Source: a virus
Taxonomy: Duplodnaviria; Heunggongvirae; Uroviricota; Caudoviricetes
Length of the DNA stretch: 58,959 nucleotides
Virus record (IMG/VR): IMGVR_UViG_2541047708_000006
Strand: one strand, 5' to 3'
Below, one piece after another: positions 21,368-29,368 of the stretch (the stretch's first letter is position 1; every line of letters starts with the position of its first letter). The notes beneath the pieces were generated by a model, which searched no databases, was not told the origin of the DNA, and saw only the letters and a program-made list of their open reading frames with translations. The position numbers and the translations under genes were made by a program.

Positions 21368-21643
21368 TTATCGCCGCAGTCTGTCAGGCTTCTTCCACTG
21401 GTACGATGCAACGTTCTGGCGTTGTCCCTGCCTCCGCCTAGCTGCCAGTATAGCCAGCACTTTGGTGCGGATGACTAAGCAATCCTGTCCGTTCAGTTCT
21501 ATACCGTCACGCCACATAACCTCAGCAACCACACGAGCGTAATTTTCAGCGGTGACACTGCCCGGCTGCGTGGCCTGTTCGTCATGCTGGTGGCTGACTC
21601 CACCAGCATGGCAGATTACTTTCAGTAGTTCGGATTCAGTCAT
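21368..21643 (-). CDS. Hypothetical protein downstream of satellite TerS
   Basis: 91 aa ORF 12 bp downstream of TerS on the same strand. Confidence 0.4.
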   Translation of the reverse strand: MTESELLKVICHAGGVSHQHDEQATQPGSVTAENYARVVAEVMWRDGIELNGQDCLVIRTKVLAILAARRRQGQRQNVASYQWKKPDRLRR

Positions 21644-21654
21644 AGCGTACTACG

Positions 21655-22182
21655 TTACTTATCCTTATTCAGCTGCAACTTATCCGGTACGTTTCCTGTA
21701 CTTTCCATCAGATAATCAGCCAGTATCTGTGGGAGGTTGTCAGCAACGCCGGCACTGGCATTACAGGCTTTAGCCACTTCCTTTTTAAGTCCATCCAGCA
21801 TAGCCGGAGTCATCTGTGGGAAGCGCCTTTGCATGGTAAGCGGCAGGCTGTCCATGATAGATGAAATCTGACTCGCCAGTTTGGAAAGAACATACATACA
21901 AAACTCTGTATCAATAACGTCGCCGCGTTCGCGCTCGTTTTTAAGCTCCTGCGCCTCTGCCTGTGCTGTCAGTAATCTGATCCTGACGCGTAAAAGTTCA
22001 TCGTCATCAATATCGCCCGTTTCGTTTGTAATCTGGCTGATTGCATTGTTAACCCGATTATCTATTACACTGGCAACATCATAGAACGCCTCACGGCCCT
22101 TACGCTCGACGGGAATCACTCCCCACTTATCGAACGCAGTGGCGCTTACACGGCAACTTTTTGCCATGTTTTTTTTGTTCAT
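21655..22182 (-). CDS. Satellite small terminase subunit, divergent Nu1 homologue
   Basis: Aligns by eye with helper Nu1 (36411-36956) including C-terminal region ...LPLTMQRRFPQM...; start placed at MNKKNMAK. Confidence 0.8.
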   Translation of the reverse strand: MNKKNMAKSCRVSATAFDKWGVIPVERKGREAFYDVASVIDNRVNNAISQITNETGDIDDDELLRVRIRLLTAQAEAQELKNERERGDVIDTEFCMYVLSKLASQISSIMDSLPLTMQRRFPQMTPAMLDGLKKEVAKACNASAGVADNLPQILADYLMESTGNVPDKLQLNKDK

Positions 22183-22309
22183 CAGGTGTAATTTCATTGA
22201 TACCACAACTTAATTACTGTTTCAGGTTGGTGTATTGATTGTATTTTTCTCTTATTATTCATACAGATATAGCGAACAACAAAACCACCACCAGTCCCCT
22301 TAAAATGCT

Positions 22310-22370
22310 CATAAATAGCGAAAACCCGCGCGCCTGACGCCCCGTAGCCTGTCAGATCGCCGGAAAGGAC
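22310..22370 (-). promoter_or_regulatory. Satellite cos site (lambda-like cosN flanks, different 12-nt core)
   Basis: CATAAATAGCGAAAACCCGCG-CGCCTGACGCCC-CGTAGCCTGTCAGATCGCCGGAAAGGACCCG parallels helper cos at 37110-37175, differing mainly in the cohesive-end core. Confidence 0.7.
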
Positions 22371-22398
22371 CCGCCAGCCAGAGCAGGCCCTAATTTCA

Positions 22399-22782
22399 TC
22401 AACCAATCAGCTTATAGCGACCATCCCGTGCATTGCGGCGTACACGCTCAATCTTGAGGCATAGCGCCGCATCTGGCTTTTTTGGGACAGGTACGCGGCA
22501 ATATTCAGAAGCGCGAGGAATATTATTTATCCAGTCGATCACTTCACTTAAATACCAGGCCTTACGCCCTTCCGTAACCTGCACACGCTCCGGGAACTCT
22601 CCACTAGCCTCAAGGTTTAGCAGTGTACGACGACTCAGGGTTGTAATTTCCATCACCTGATTCATATCAACAAGGCGCTCGCTTAAACACATTTTGTCAG
22701 CGATAGCTTTTAATTCCTCTACAGCTTGATTCGGGTACATCATTTCGGCAATTGGCTTAAGGTCATTGTAATCATTCTGCAT
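22399..22782 (-). CDS. AlpA/excisionase-family HTH DNA-binding protein
   Basis: C-terminal half MEITTLSRRTLLNLEASGEFPERVQVTEGRKAWYLSEVIDWINN is an AlpA-like motif; start uncertain. Confidence 0.6.
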   Translation of the reverse strand: MQNDYNDLKPIAEMMYPNQAVEELKAIADKMCLSERLVDMNQVMEITTLSRRTLLNLEASGEFPERVQVTEGRKAWYLSEVIDWINNIPRASEYCRVPVPKKPDAALCLKIERVRRNARDGRYKLIG

Positions 22783-22793
22783 TGTATCCCCCT

Positions 22794-23135
22794 TTACACA
22801 CGAGCCAGCGGCTGAACAGAAATACCTGAGCCAACAAACGCTGCAACCTTTACTGACAGTTCTTTAACAGACTCAGGCCAGTTCAGAGCATCAACATTTA
22901 AGACACCTGTCTTATAGACCTGAGCCTGTGTTTTTTTCGCGGTGTCGATTTGTACAGCGGAAACATAAACCGCTTTACCTACGCTCGAACCATCCCATAC
23001 TACCAGTGCACCTGTTGCATCTTCCTGCATCAGTGGCGTAAATGCAGGAATTACCCCTTTATTAGCTGAAAATATCCCCAGCGTAGTCACCAGTGCTTCA
23101 GTGCCAGCCATGAGTTCAGTGTAATGAGTAGCCAT
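22794..23135 (-). CDS. Head decoration protein, divergent gpD homologue
   Basis: 113 aa; shares TPLM, LVxWDG, AxVGxxAV, LxWP, AFxG blocks with helper gpD (31068-31400). Confidence 0.7.
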   Translation of the reverse strand: MATHYTELMAGTEALVTTLGIFSANKGVIPAFTPLMQEDATGALVVWDGSSVGKAVYVSAVQIDTAKKTQAQVYKTGVLNVDALNWPESVKELSVKVAAFVGSGISVQPLARV

Positions 23136-23144
23136 TGCTCCCCC

Positions 23145-24191
23145 TTAGCCAATGCGAACGGTAACAAAACGATTGATGCGGGCCGGTATTGGCTGTGGTG
23201 CTGAATGTGTCTGCACATATTCAATAGCCGGATCACCAGGCACAATATAGTTTTTCGGTGCAAGTTCGGCTTTAGTCAGCCCCATTCGGATTAGCTCCGG
23301 ATCCTGAATACCGCCATAGGCGACAATCCCCTGAAGAGCCGTATTGCCAAGCACCATCAAATCAGGATCAAGGAAATGTTTTTCTGTTCCGTCCTCGTCG
23401 GTATAACGCCCGCTGTAAACAACAATCGCAACATCGCCCATATACCCTTTAAAACTCACCGAATCACCAAGGTCTTTAAGGGCCGTTTCCAGTTCGGAAT
23501 TAGAACCACGACGGGTATCCAGAGCCTCTTTTATCGCTCTGAATGAACGGTATTTCTTCCATACATTACCGCCCATAATGATAATATTAGTGACGCCCTC
23601 ACTAAATTCTGCGTAGCTCTCAATATCATCATTTGGATCAAAAGTTTCTTTATCCTTACCTGACCACTCAGCACCGCCAGACTGAGTGATGATATTTTGT
23701 GGTTTAATATTCCAGTCCAGCTCATAACGTTCAATACCATCGCCCTCAATGATATTTTTCCCCGTTGTGATTGCCTGAACGGCAAGCCATTCAATACGTG
23801 CACGAATAGCTTTAGCCTGATTTACAATCGCCTGTTTAACTTTAATATTACGCGCTCCAAAAGCATTGTATTGCTCAGGTGATACACCAACAGGGCGCAC
23901 AGCTAACTTATTTGGATCAATGCTGCTTTTCGGCTTCATATAGCCTGGACGAATTGTTTTTGATTCGTACCCTTCGTCACGTGAAACTTTACTACCCACC
24001 ATAGGAGAACAAAACGCTGCAATTGGGATATTTGGATCGTCGATTGTATCAAGAATAATATCGCGCGATTCAAACATTACCGAGCGAGTAAAAAACAAAC
24101 TGGTAAACAACGCATTTAGTTGTTTTTGTACATCTACAGCATTAACCACCTGTACAAGCTGGGTAGGCGAATATAAATCAACCATACGCAT
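23145..24191 (-). CDS. Major capsid protein, divergent gpE homologue
   Basis: Start placed at MRMVDLYSPTQL; C-terminal two thirds align with gpE (ITQSGGAEWSGKDKETFDPNDDIESYA..., LDTRRGSNSELETALKDLG...). Confidence 0.8.
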   Translation of the reverse strand: MRMVDLYSPTQLVQVVNAVDVQKQLNALFTSLFFTRSVMFESRDIILDTIDDPNIPIAAFCSPMVGSKVSRDEGYESKTIRPGYMKPKSSIDPNKLAVRPVGVSPEQYNAFGARNIKVKQAIVNQAKAIRARIEWLAVQAITTGKNIIEGDGIERYELDWNIKPQNIITQSGGAEWSGKDKETFDPNDDIESYAEFSEGVTNIIIMGGNVWKKYRSFRAIKEALDTRRGSNSELETALKDLGDSVSFKGYMGDVAIVVYSGRYTDEDGTEKHFLDPDLMVLGNTALQGIVAYGGIQDPELIRMGLTKAELAPKNYIVPGDPAIEYVQTHSAPQPIPARINRFVTVRIG

Positions 24192-24402
24192 CCTCTTTGC
24201 ATTCATTAAAAATAATTGTGGATATATGCTATCACCGATATTTGTCATGCGAATACATGCAACCGAGTGCAATGTTGTATAAAGTTTTGGGATAACAACT
24301 TCAGCGCGGATAATTAGTGTTAATATCTTCACTCCCTTTGGTCGGGATTTATGTAGCATGCCGGAAAATTTATTTTTTTCCGGCCTTTTTTATTGGCAAT
24401 AT

Positions 24403-24852
24403 TTAAAACGGAATATCATCTCCCCATTGTTCATTATCTCCCACTGGTGGATGGCTTCCTTGCTGATCTGCCTGTTGTTTTGCTCTGTTCAGTGCGTCAG
24501 TAGCCTGACCCTGTTGACCTTTTTTGCCGCCCGGTCGCACCGTTCGCGCACTGATTACGCTGTCTGCGATAACCTGCCAGCCCTGCCGCGTTTCACCGTT
24601 CTGTCCAGTCCACTGGCTCACCTGCATATTACCCGCCACGCTCAGGAGTTCGCCTTTGTGATGCTTTGCCAGCGCGTCGGCTTGTCTGCCAAACGCCAGG
24701 ACAGATAACCACATCGTCGCCTGACCGTCATCCGACTGACTGCAGGGCAGTGATACCGCCATACGCGCCAGCGTCATGGGGGTGCCCTTGCTGGTCTGTT
24801 TTGTCTGCGGGTCGTCCACCAACCGCCCGTAAACTGATATTTGCGCCGTCAT
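24403..24852 (-). CDS. ssb: Single-stranded DNA-binding protein
   Basis: OB-fold-like N-terminal region, Gly/Gln-rich linker and acidic C-terminal tail ending DDIPF. Confidence 0.85.
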   Translation of the reverse strand: MTAQISVYGRLVDDPQTKQTSKGTPMTLARMAVSLPCSQSDDGQATMWLSVLAFGRQADALAKHHKGELLSVAGNMQVSQWTGQNGETRQGWQVIADSVISARTVRPGGKKGQQGQATDALNRAKQQADQQGSHPPVGDNEQWGDDIPF

Positions 24853-25094
24853 GCTGCCTGCTCTCCGGACTTAATATTGATTGTTGCCACTTCCTCCGCT
24901 TCAGCAATCTCCCGTTCGGTCAGAGTGGCAAAGTTTGCAGCCGCCGTTGTCATGAATGCGCTAATCAGTTCGGGATGTGCTTTCGCGTATCCTTCCCCGG
25001 CGTTGCGGTCGATGATTTTTATCGACACCCTTAACCAGTGTTCCGTCAAATCAAGGGCGTGCGATTGTGATTTTTTTGTGTGCTTCGCTGTCAT
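24849..25094 (-). CDS. Hypothetical protein
   Basis: 81 aa ORF between iterons and ssb, overlaps ssb start by 4 nt. Confidence 0.4.
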   Translation of the reverse strand: MTAKHTKKSQSHALDLTEHWLRVSIKIIDRNAGEGYAKAHPELISAFMTTAAANFATLTEREIAEAEEVATINIKSGEQAA

Positions 25095-25146
25095 AGGCTT
25101 TATCTCACAGCAGTAAATTAAAATTTTTGCGTTTTAACCCTTCACC

Positions 25147-25368
25147 TGTTCACCTTTTGATATTTTCTCTTTTAATTCATAATGTTAATGGGTGAACAGT
25201 TTCACAAAAACTATTCACCAACTGTTCACCACTGTTCACCCTTGAAGCTCAATAAACAATCAAAAAGGTGAACAGTGAATAGTTTGGTGAACAGTTCATA
25301 AATAACTGTTCACCCTATAATATACTGATATAAAAGATATTTATGACAGGGTGAACAGTGGTGAACAG
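25147..25368. repeat. Satellite replication origin iterons (GGTGAACAG / CTGTTCACC, about 9 copies, both orientations)
   Basis: Repeated octamer TGTTCACC, the motif bound by phage P4 alpha protein at ori/crr; immediately downstream of the primase gene. Confidence 0.8.
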
Positions 25369-25381
25369 TTATTCCATAAGT

Positions 25382-27202
25382 TTAATTTTTGCTATCGTCA
25401 TTAGTGACCGATACACATGATGGCATCCAGTCTTCTGATTCCTCCGTCAGTGTCACGTTTGAACGCAAACCGTGCTTCGTTTTCCGTTTCATATACTCCC
25501 TGCCATATTCCGCCATTGCCCCCGGCATATCTTTACCGAAGCGCGTCAGTGTTACAGGTTTACCAAACCCATGTGCCCTCATATAAGCCAGATAGGCATG
25601 ATAGAGATACCTGCGTGGGCTGAATGGCACAATTTCAGCATTACCCACTAACAGGCCATCACACATTACCGATGCCATGAGATAGCCGCAGAAGTCCACC
25701 AGCGAATCCCCCTCTCGCTTTATCGCCAGTGCTTCTTCAGATTTCTGCTGCTCATATAACAGGCGTCTGGCTTCGTCCTGATCAGCAAACCGTGTAAGCA
25801 GATGGCGAATCACTACCGCCAGCTCACCTTCTATTTTTTCCGCCAGCATCGAATCGCGTTCGTTCTCCGGTACAACTTCCGAAAAATTGAATATCACCCG
25901 ACGACGTGAGATCCCCCCGCTGCGGTCACTGAATGACATGGCGTTATTGTTAACCGCCAGCACTACTGCCGGAATACGCGTTGAATAGGGGGCTTTGTGT
26001 TTCGGGTCAATTGCCACCTTGTCACCGCCTGTAATGGCCTTAATCCCTGCCCCATCACCAGCGTAGCGGGTCATATCCGGCATGATAATCAGCGAAAAGC
26101 CAACCACTAACGCACGTTCCCTTGCATCTTCCAGCGCCTTCATGCTTGCTGATACTGTATTCGCCTTACCCGCCAGCATGGTGCAAATCTCCGCCATCAC
26201 ACTTTTACCACTTCCCCCCGGCCCTGTTACCTCAATGAATAACTGCCAGTCGTACCGGTTCGCCAGCACCATGAATAATGCCGCCAGTACGCGATCTGCC
26301 TTGCGGTCATTCTCAGCCACCGAACGGCGCAACCACTTCCAGAAATTCGGCGCATGTGTTGCCAGCGTTTCCCCCTCTGCTGGTGGGCTGAAAGGTAATT
26401 CACTGGCAATTAACAACCAGTCGTTTTTGTTATGCTCCCGAAAATTACCAGTTCTGGTATCAAATACCCCGTTACTGAATCCAATCAGGTTACGGGCTGT
26501 ATTCCCCATTACAGGCAAACTTAACTTCATGGTATCTACCGCCGATTTAATGGCGTTCTGCGAATAGCTGATCTCCGCATCAATGAAAATCTGCGCCATA
26601 GCACGCTGTAACTCTTTATCCTGAACCGGCTCCCATACAACGCCGTTGTAATGATGAACGGTGTCAGAGTCGGCATTGATTGCCAGTTCGCCGCCGTAAT
26701 GTGCAAGGAGAACTTCACCGCGCTGGCTGGCCCCCATCTGATTCAACGCCAAAGATGAAGCACGCTCGTCATTTTTGCGCTCTGCCTTCTTCACTGGCAG
26801 TTCAATCACCAGACTTTCCCCATGCTCCGCTTCAGCTTTTAGGCCGACAAGGCGCGGAGTCCAGTCTTCAGGCTCTCGATCAACAAAGCTACGGTAACAA
26901 CGTGCTTCCTTTACGCCTGCAATAGCAAGTAATGTCGCAACCTTCGTCAGACTTTTCTCTGCAATCTTTCCGGCACGATAAACACGCACATAATGACGGC
27001 CTTCATCGATAATTTGCATATCATCCAGGTTTTCCAGTTGTTCCGTACCCAGAATGACTGGTGGTGTATCATCTGCTGCAATATGCTTACCTGCCCATTC
27101 ATTCCATTCTTTTGCATGGCTCCAGGCATCACTGCCAGCAAAAATGATGACTTCCGTCATTTTGTCGCGCGGTTGGTATTTTAAGTTCGGAGCACGTTTC
27201 AT
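25382..27202 (-). CDS. P4 alpha-like primase-helicase
   Basis: 606 aa; Walker A GPGGSGKS in the central region; position next to TGTTCACC iterons. Confidence 0.85.
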   Translation of the reverse strand: MKRAPNLKYQPRDKMTEVIIFAGSDAWSHAKEWNEWAGKHIAADDTPPVILGTEQLENLDDMQIIDEGRHYVRVYRAGKIAEKSLTKVATLLAIAGVKEARCYRSFVDREPEDWTPRLVGLKAEAEHGESLVIELPVKKAERKNDERASSLALNQMGASQRGEVLLAHYGGELAINADSDTVHHYNGVVWEPVQDKELQRAMAQIFIDAEISYSQNAIKSAVDTMKLSLPVMGNTARNLIGFSNGVFDTRTGNFREHNKNDWLLIASELPFSPPAEGETLATHAPNFWKWLRRSVAENDRKADRVLAALFMVLANRYDWQLFIEVTGPGGSGKSVMAEICTMLAGKANTVSASMKALEDARERALVVGFSLIIMPDMTRYAGDGAGIKAITGGDKVAIDPKHKAPYSTRIPAVVLAVNNNAMSFSDRSGGISRRRVIFNFSEVVPENERDSMLAEKIEGELAVVIRHLLTRFADQDEARRLLYEQQKSEEALAIKREGDSLVDFCGYLMASVMCDGLLVGNAEIVPFSPRRYLYHAYLAYMRAHGFGKPVTLTRFGKDMPGAMAEYGREYMKRKTKHGLRSNVTLTEESEDWMPSCVSVTNDDSKN

Positions 27203-27486
27203 TTGTTACCTCCGGCAACTAACATTGCCCGAATTTTACGGATATAGCCTGCGGCACGCCTCTGATTATCTGTCTTGCAATTTTTTACCAGAATGAAATC
27301 TCTTTCGAACTGCTGACGCGGCATAACACATTCAAAATCATAACCATCACGCAAATAAGAGACACGACGATCATCAACCGAAATAATCTTTACCCGATAG
27401 CCATAGCTATCTTTGAAAATATCCCCAAGGCTGATTTTTGAATGAGTTTGACCGCTGGCAATAAAGCCAGAAAATTTATTTTTCAT
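27199..27486 (-). CDS. Hypothetical protein
   Basis: 95 aa, overlaps primase start by 4 nt. Confidence 0.5.
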   Translation of the reverse strand: MKNKFSGFIASGQTHSKISLGDIFKDSYGYRVKIISVDDRRVSYLRDGYDFECVMPRQQFERDFILVKNCKTDNQRRAAGYIRKIRAMLVAGGNK

Positions 27487-27489
27487 TTT

Positions 27490-27714
27490 TTATTCTCCGG
27501 TATAGCTCTGGTCGTGTATTTTTATAGCTTCATCCAGCTCTTTGATGACAGGATCAAGTAACGTAATTAACGCTCCAGCTAAATTAGCATCCCGTTCATC
27601 GTGTTCCGCATTTGTTGTCCCATCAAGCCAGGTTGATAAGATTTCTCGCATATTTTTGCCACAAACGAGCGCGTTTTCAGCATGTGTCAGCACTTTAAAA
27701 TAAAGATCATTCAT
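27490..27714 (-). CDS. Hypothetical protein
   Basis: 74 aa, acidic; tightly packed in operon. Confidence 0.5.
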   Translation of the reverse strand: MNDLYFKVLTHAENALVCGKNMREILSTWLDGTTNAEHDERDANLAGALITLLDPVIKELDEAIKIHDQSYTGE

Positions 27715-28072
27715 GGCACACCTCCTGACGAATACGGGCGGCGAACATCATCACGCAGCCAGTTGGGGATTGCTGGCGGGCTTCCTGTTCGCTGGTGGCC
27801 TCGATGGTAATCACGCGCGGTTGTGCCGTACTCAGGGCGATAAAACGCCAGATGAAATTGTTTTCACATTTCTGAATAAACAGCGTGTTTTCTTCCCGCC
27901 CTTTCCAGAAAGCCGCAGTATAGCCCATCTCCTTAACCATCTTGCGCGCATCAACCAGCGTGTCAGCGGCTACATGTACCGTAGTTGCTCCATCTGCTAT
28001 GCGATCGCGATGTAGCGCCAGAAAGATGTATATAAATTTAGGGTGAGTTTGGGTATGCTGTGTTCCAGCCAT
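27707..28072 (-). CDS. Hypothetical protein
   Basis: 121 aa; first gene of leftward satellite operon. Confidence 0.5.
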   Translation of the reverse strand: MAGTQHTQTHPKFIYIFLALHRDRIADGATTVHVAADTLVDARKMVKEMGYTAAFWKGREENTLFIQKCENNFIWRFIALSTAQPRVITIEATSEQEARQQSPTGCVMMFAARIRQEVCHE

Positions 28073-28103
28073 AGTCGTTACTCCAGTTAACGGTTTGTGG
28101 TTA

Positions 28104-28208
28104 GACGCCCTAGGTGTGTTGCGAGCACCCTAGGGCGTTGTTTATAGGTATAACATCATGTTAATGTGTGTACCTATTCAACACTGATGCTAAGCAATAG
28201 GTACACAC
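28104..28208. promoter_or_regulatory. Divergent promoter/operator region with two inverted repeats
   Basis: GACGCCCTAGGTG...CACCCTAGGGCG and GTGTGTACCTATT...AATAGGTACACAC; the second abuts the ATG at 28209. Confidence 0.4.
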
Positions 28209-28403
28209 ATGTCAACTACAATTCAAAGAGATAAGCAGCCAAAAGGAGCCGGCAAAGCCCCTGCGTTTCAGATCCGAATCAATCCTGAACTCAAAGAACA
28301 GATGGCTGAATCAGCAGCTCAGGAAGGAATGAGCTTGGCCAATTGGATTAAAGAATTAGTTCGTGCTGAGCTTCGCCGTAAAGGTATAGAACCTAAAGGC
28401 TAA
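28209..28403 (+). CDS. Ribbon-helix-helix (Arc/CopG-like) small DNA-binding protein
   Basis: 64 aa; FQIRINPELKEQMAESAAQEGMSLANWIKELVRAEL fits beta-strand/helix/helix pattern. Confidence 0.6.
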   Translation: MSTTIQRDKQPKGAGKAPAFQIRINPELKEQMAESAAQEGMSLANWIKELVRAELRRKGIEPKG

Positions 28404-28435
28404 TTTTTTTAATTTTTATTGAATAGGATATTCAA

Positions 28436-29119
28436 ATGACTCCAACTCCTGACGATGCTGTATTCACTGCATCAAACATTATAAATTTCTTCGTGGCACT
28501 CGGGACTTGCACAGCAGTGTTAGTTGCATTAATTGCTAAAAAGCAATCATCTTTTGAATCAACATTTTCTCTCATGTTATCTCAACATAACAATGCTCTA
28601 AATGATCTTAGAAAAAAATCAAATTACTCAGAGTTAATTAATAAAATGATGAATGGATTGGTTTCTTTAAAAGACACTAATACACTGATGCACAATCATG
28701 ATGCTGTTTTTGGAAGCTACTTCAGAATATTATATCATCTATTGAAGTTCATTGATGAAAATGCTGGATACCATCCCTTTGATCTAGATCGTAAAAAAAC
28801 CTATACAAGCCTTGTCCGTGCACATCTAGATAATGAAATAACGTATTTACTTGCAATAAACTGTGCACATGCTAACAGTGAAAATCAATATCATTTTTAT
28901 AAAACATTGATTGAGCGCTATGCCATGTTAGAACATTTAATCTTGGATAAATCAACGCTATTGGACTATACCCCTCCAGATTTAAATGAATATCAAAAAG
29001 ATTTGCGCGTAGCAACAATAGTGGTTACCGATGATATAAAAACTATTTTTAACGAGATTGCAACAGTATATTATAAGAGCGCATTTGGAAAAAACCCTGA
29101 TTTAAAAAATTTCCTGTAA
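28436..29119 (+). CDS. Membrane-anchored protein of unknown function (candidate abortive-infection effector)
   Basis: 227 aa, AT-rich; one N-terminal TM helix (IINFFVALGTCTAVLVALIA); 33 bp downstream of the RHH gene. Confidence 0.65.
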   Translation: MTPTPDDAVFTASNIINFFVALGTCTAVLVALIAKKQSSFESTFSLMLSQHNNALNDLRKKSNYSELINKMMNGLVSLKDTNTLMHNHDAVFGSYFRILYHLLKFIDENAGYHPFDLDRKKTYTSLVRAHLDNEITYLLAINCAHANSENQYHFYKTLIERYAMLEHLILDKSTLLDYTPPDLNEYQKDLRVATIVVTDDIKTIFNEIATVYYKSAFGKNPDLKNFL

Positions 29120-29145
29120 GATATAGGGAGGAATACCTCCCTAAC

Positions 29146-29367
29146 TTACCATTCACCTCTTATCCAAGCTTGAATCTCAGAGAGTCTATAAGCCACCGCC
29201 GTAGATCCGATTTTGATTCGCTTGGGGAATTTCCCCTCCTTTTCAAGCTTCCAGCGTGTGCTGTTCGCAAGAGTGGTTAGCTCCCGACATTCTTTCTCAC
29301 GGATCATTCGGTCAATGTTAGGAATGTACTCCAGCCCCTTTTTATCAACAATTGCCATTTTTTTCAT
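29146..29367 (-). CDS. alpA: AlpA-family transcriptional regulator/excisionase
   Basis: 73 aa, typical AlpA pattern, directly downstream of integrase. Confidence 0.8.
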   Translation of the reverse strand: MKKMAIVDKKGLEYIPNIDRMIREKECRELTTLANSTRWKLEKEGKFPKRIKIGSTAVAYRLSEIQAWIRGEW

Positions 29368-29368
29368 G

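Noticed and set aside
22194-22406. 70-aa minus-strand ORF between the satellite TerS and the HTH gene
   Set aside because: Spans the cos site itself, which should be non-coding; no RBS
25100-25380. Possible CRISPR array
   Set aside because: Repeat units are only 8-9 bp, occur in both orientations with irregular spacing and sit next to a primase; these are replication iterons. No CRISPR array or cas genes seen anywhere in the window
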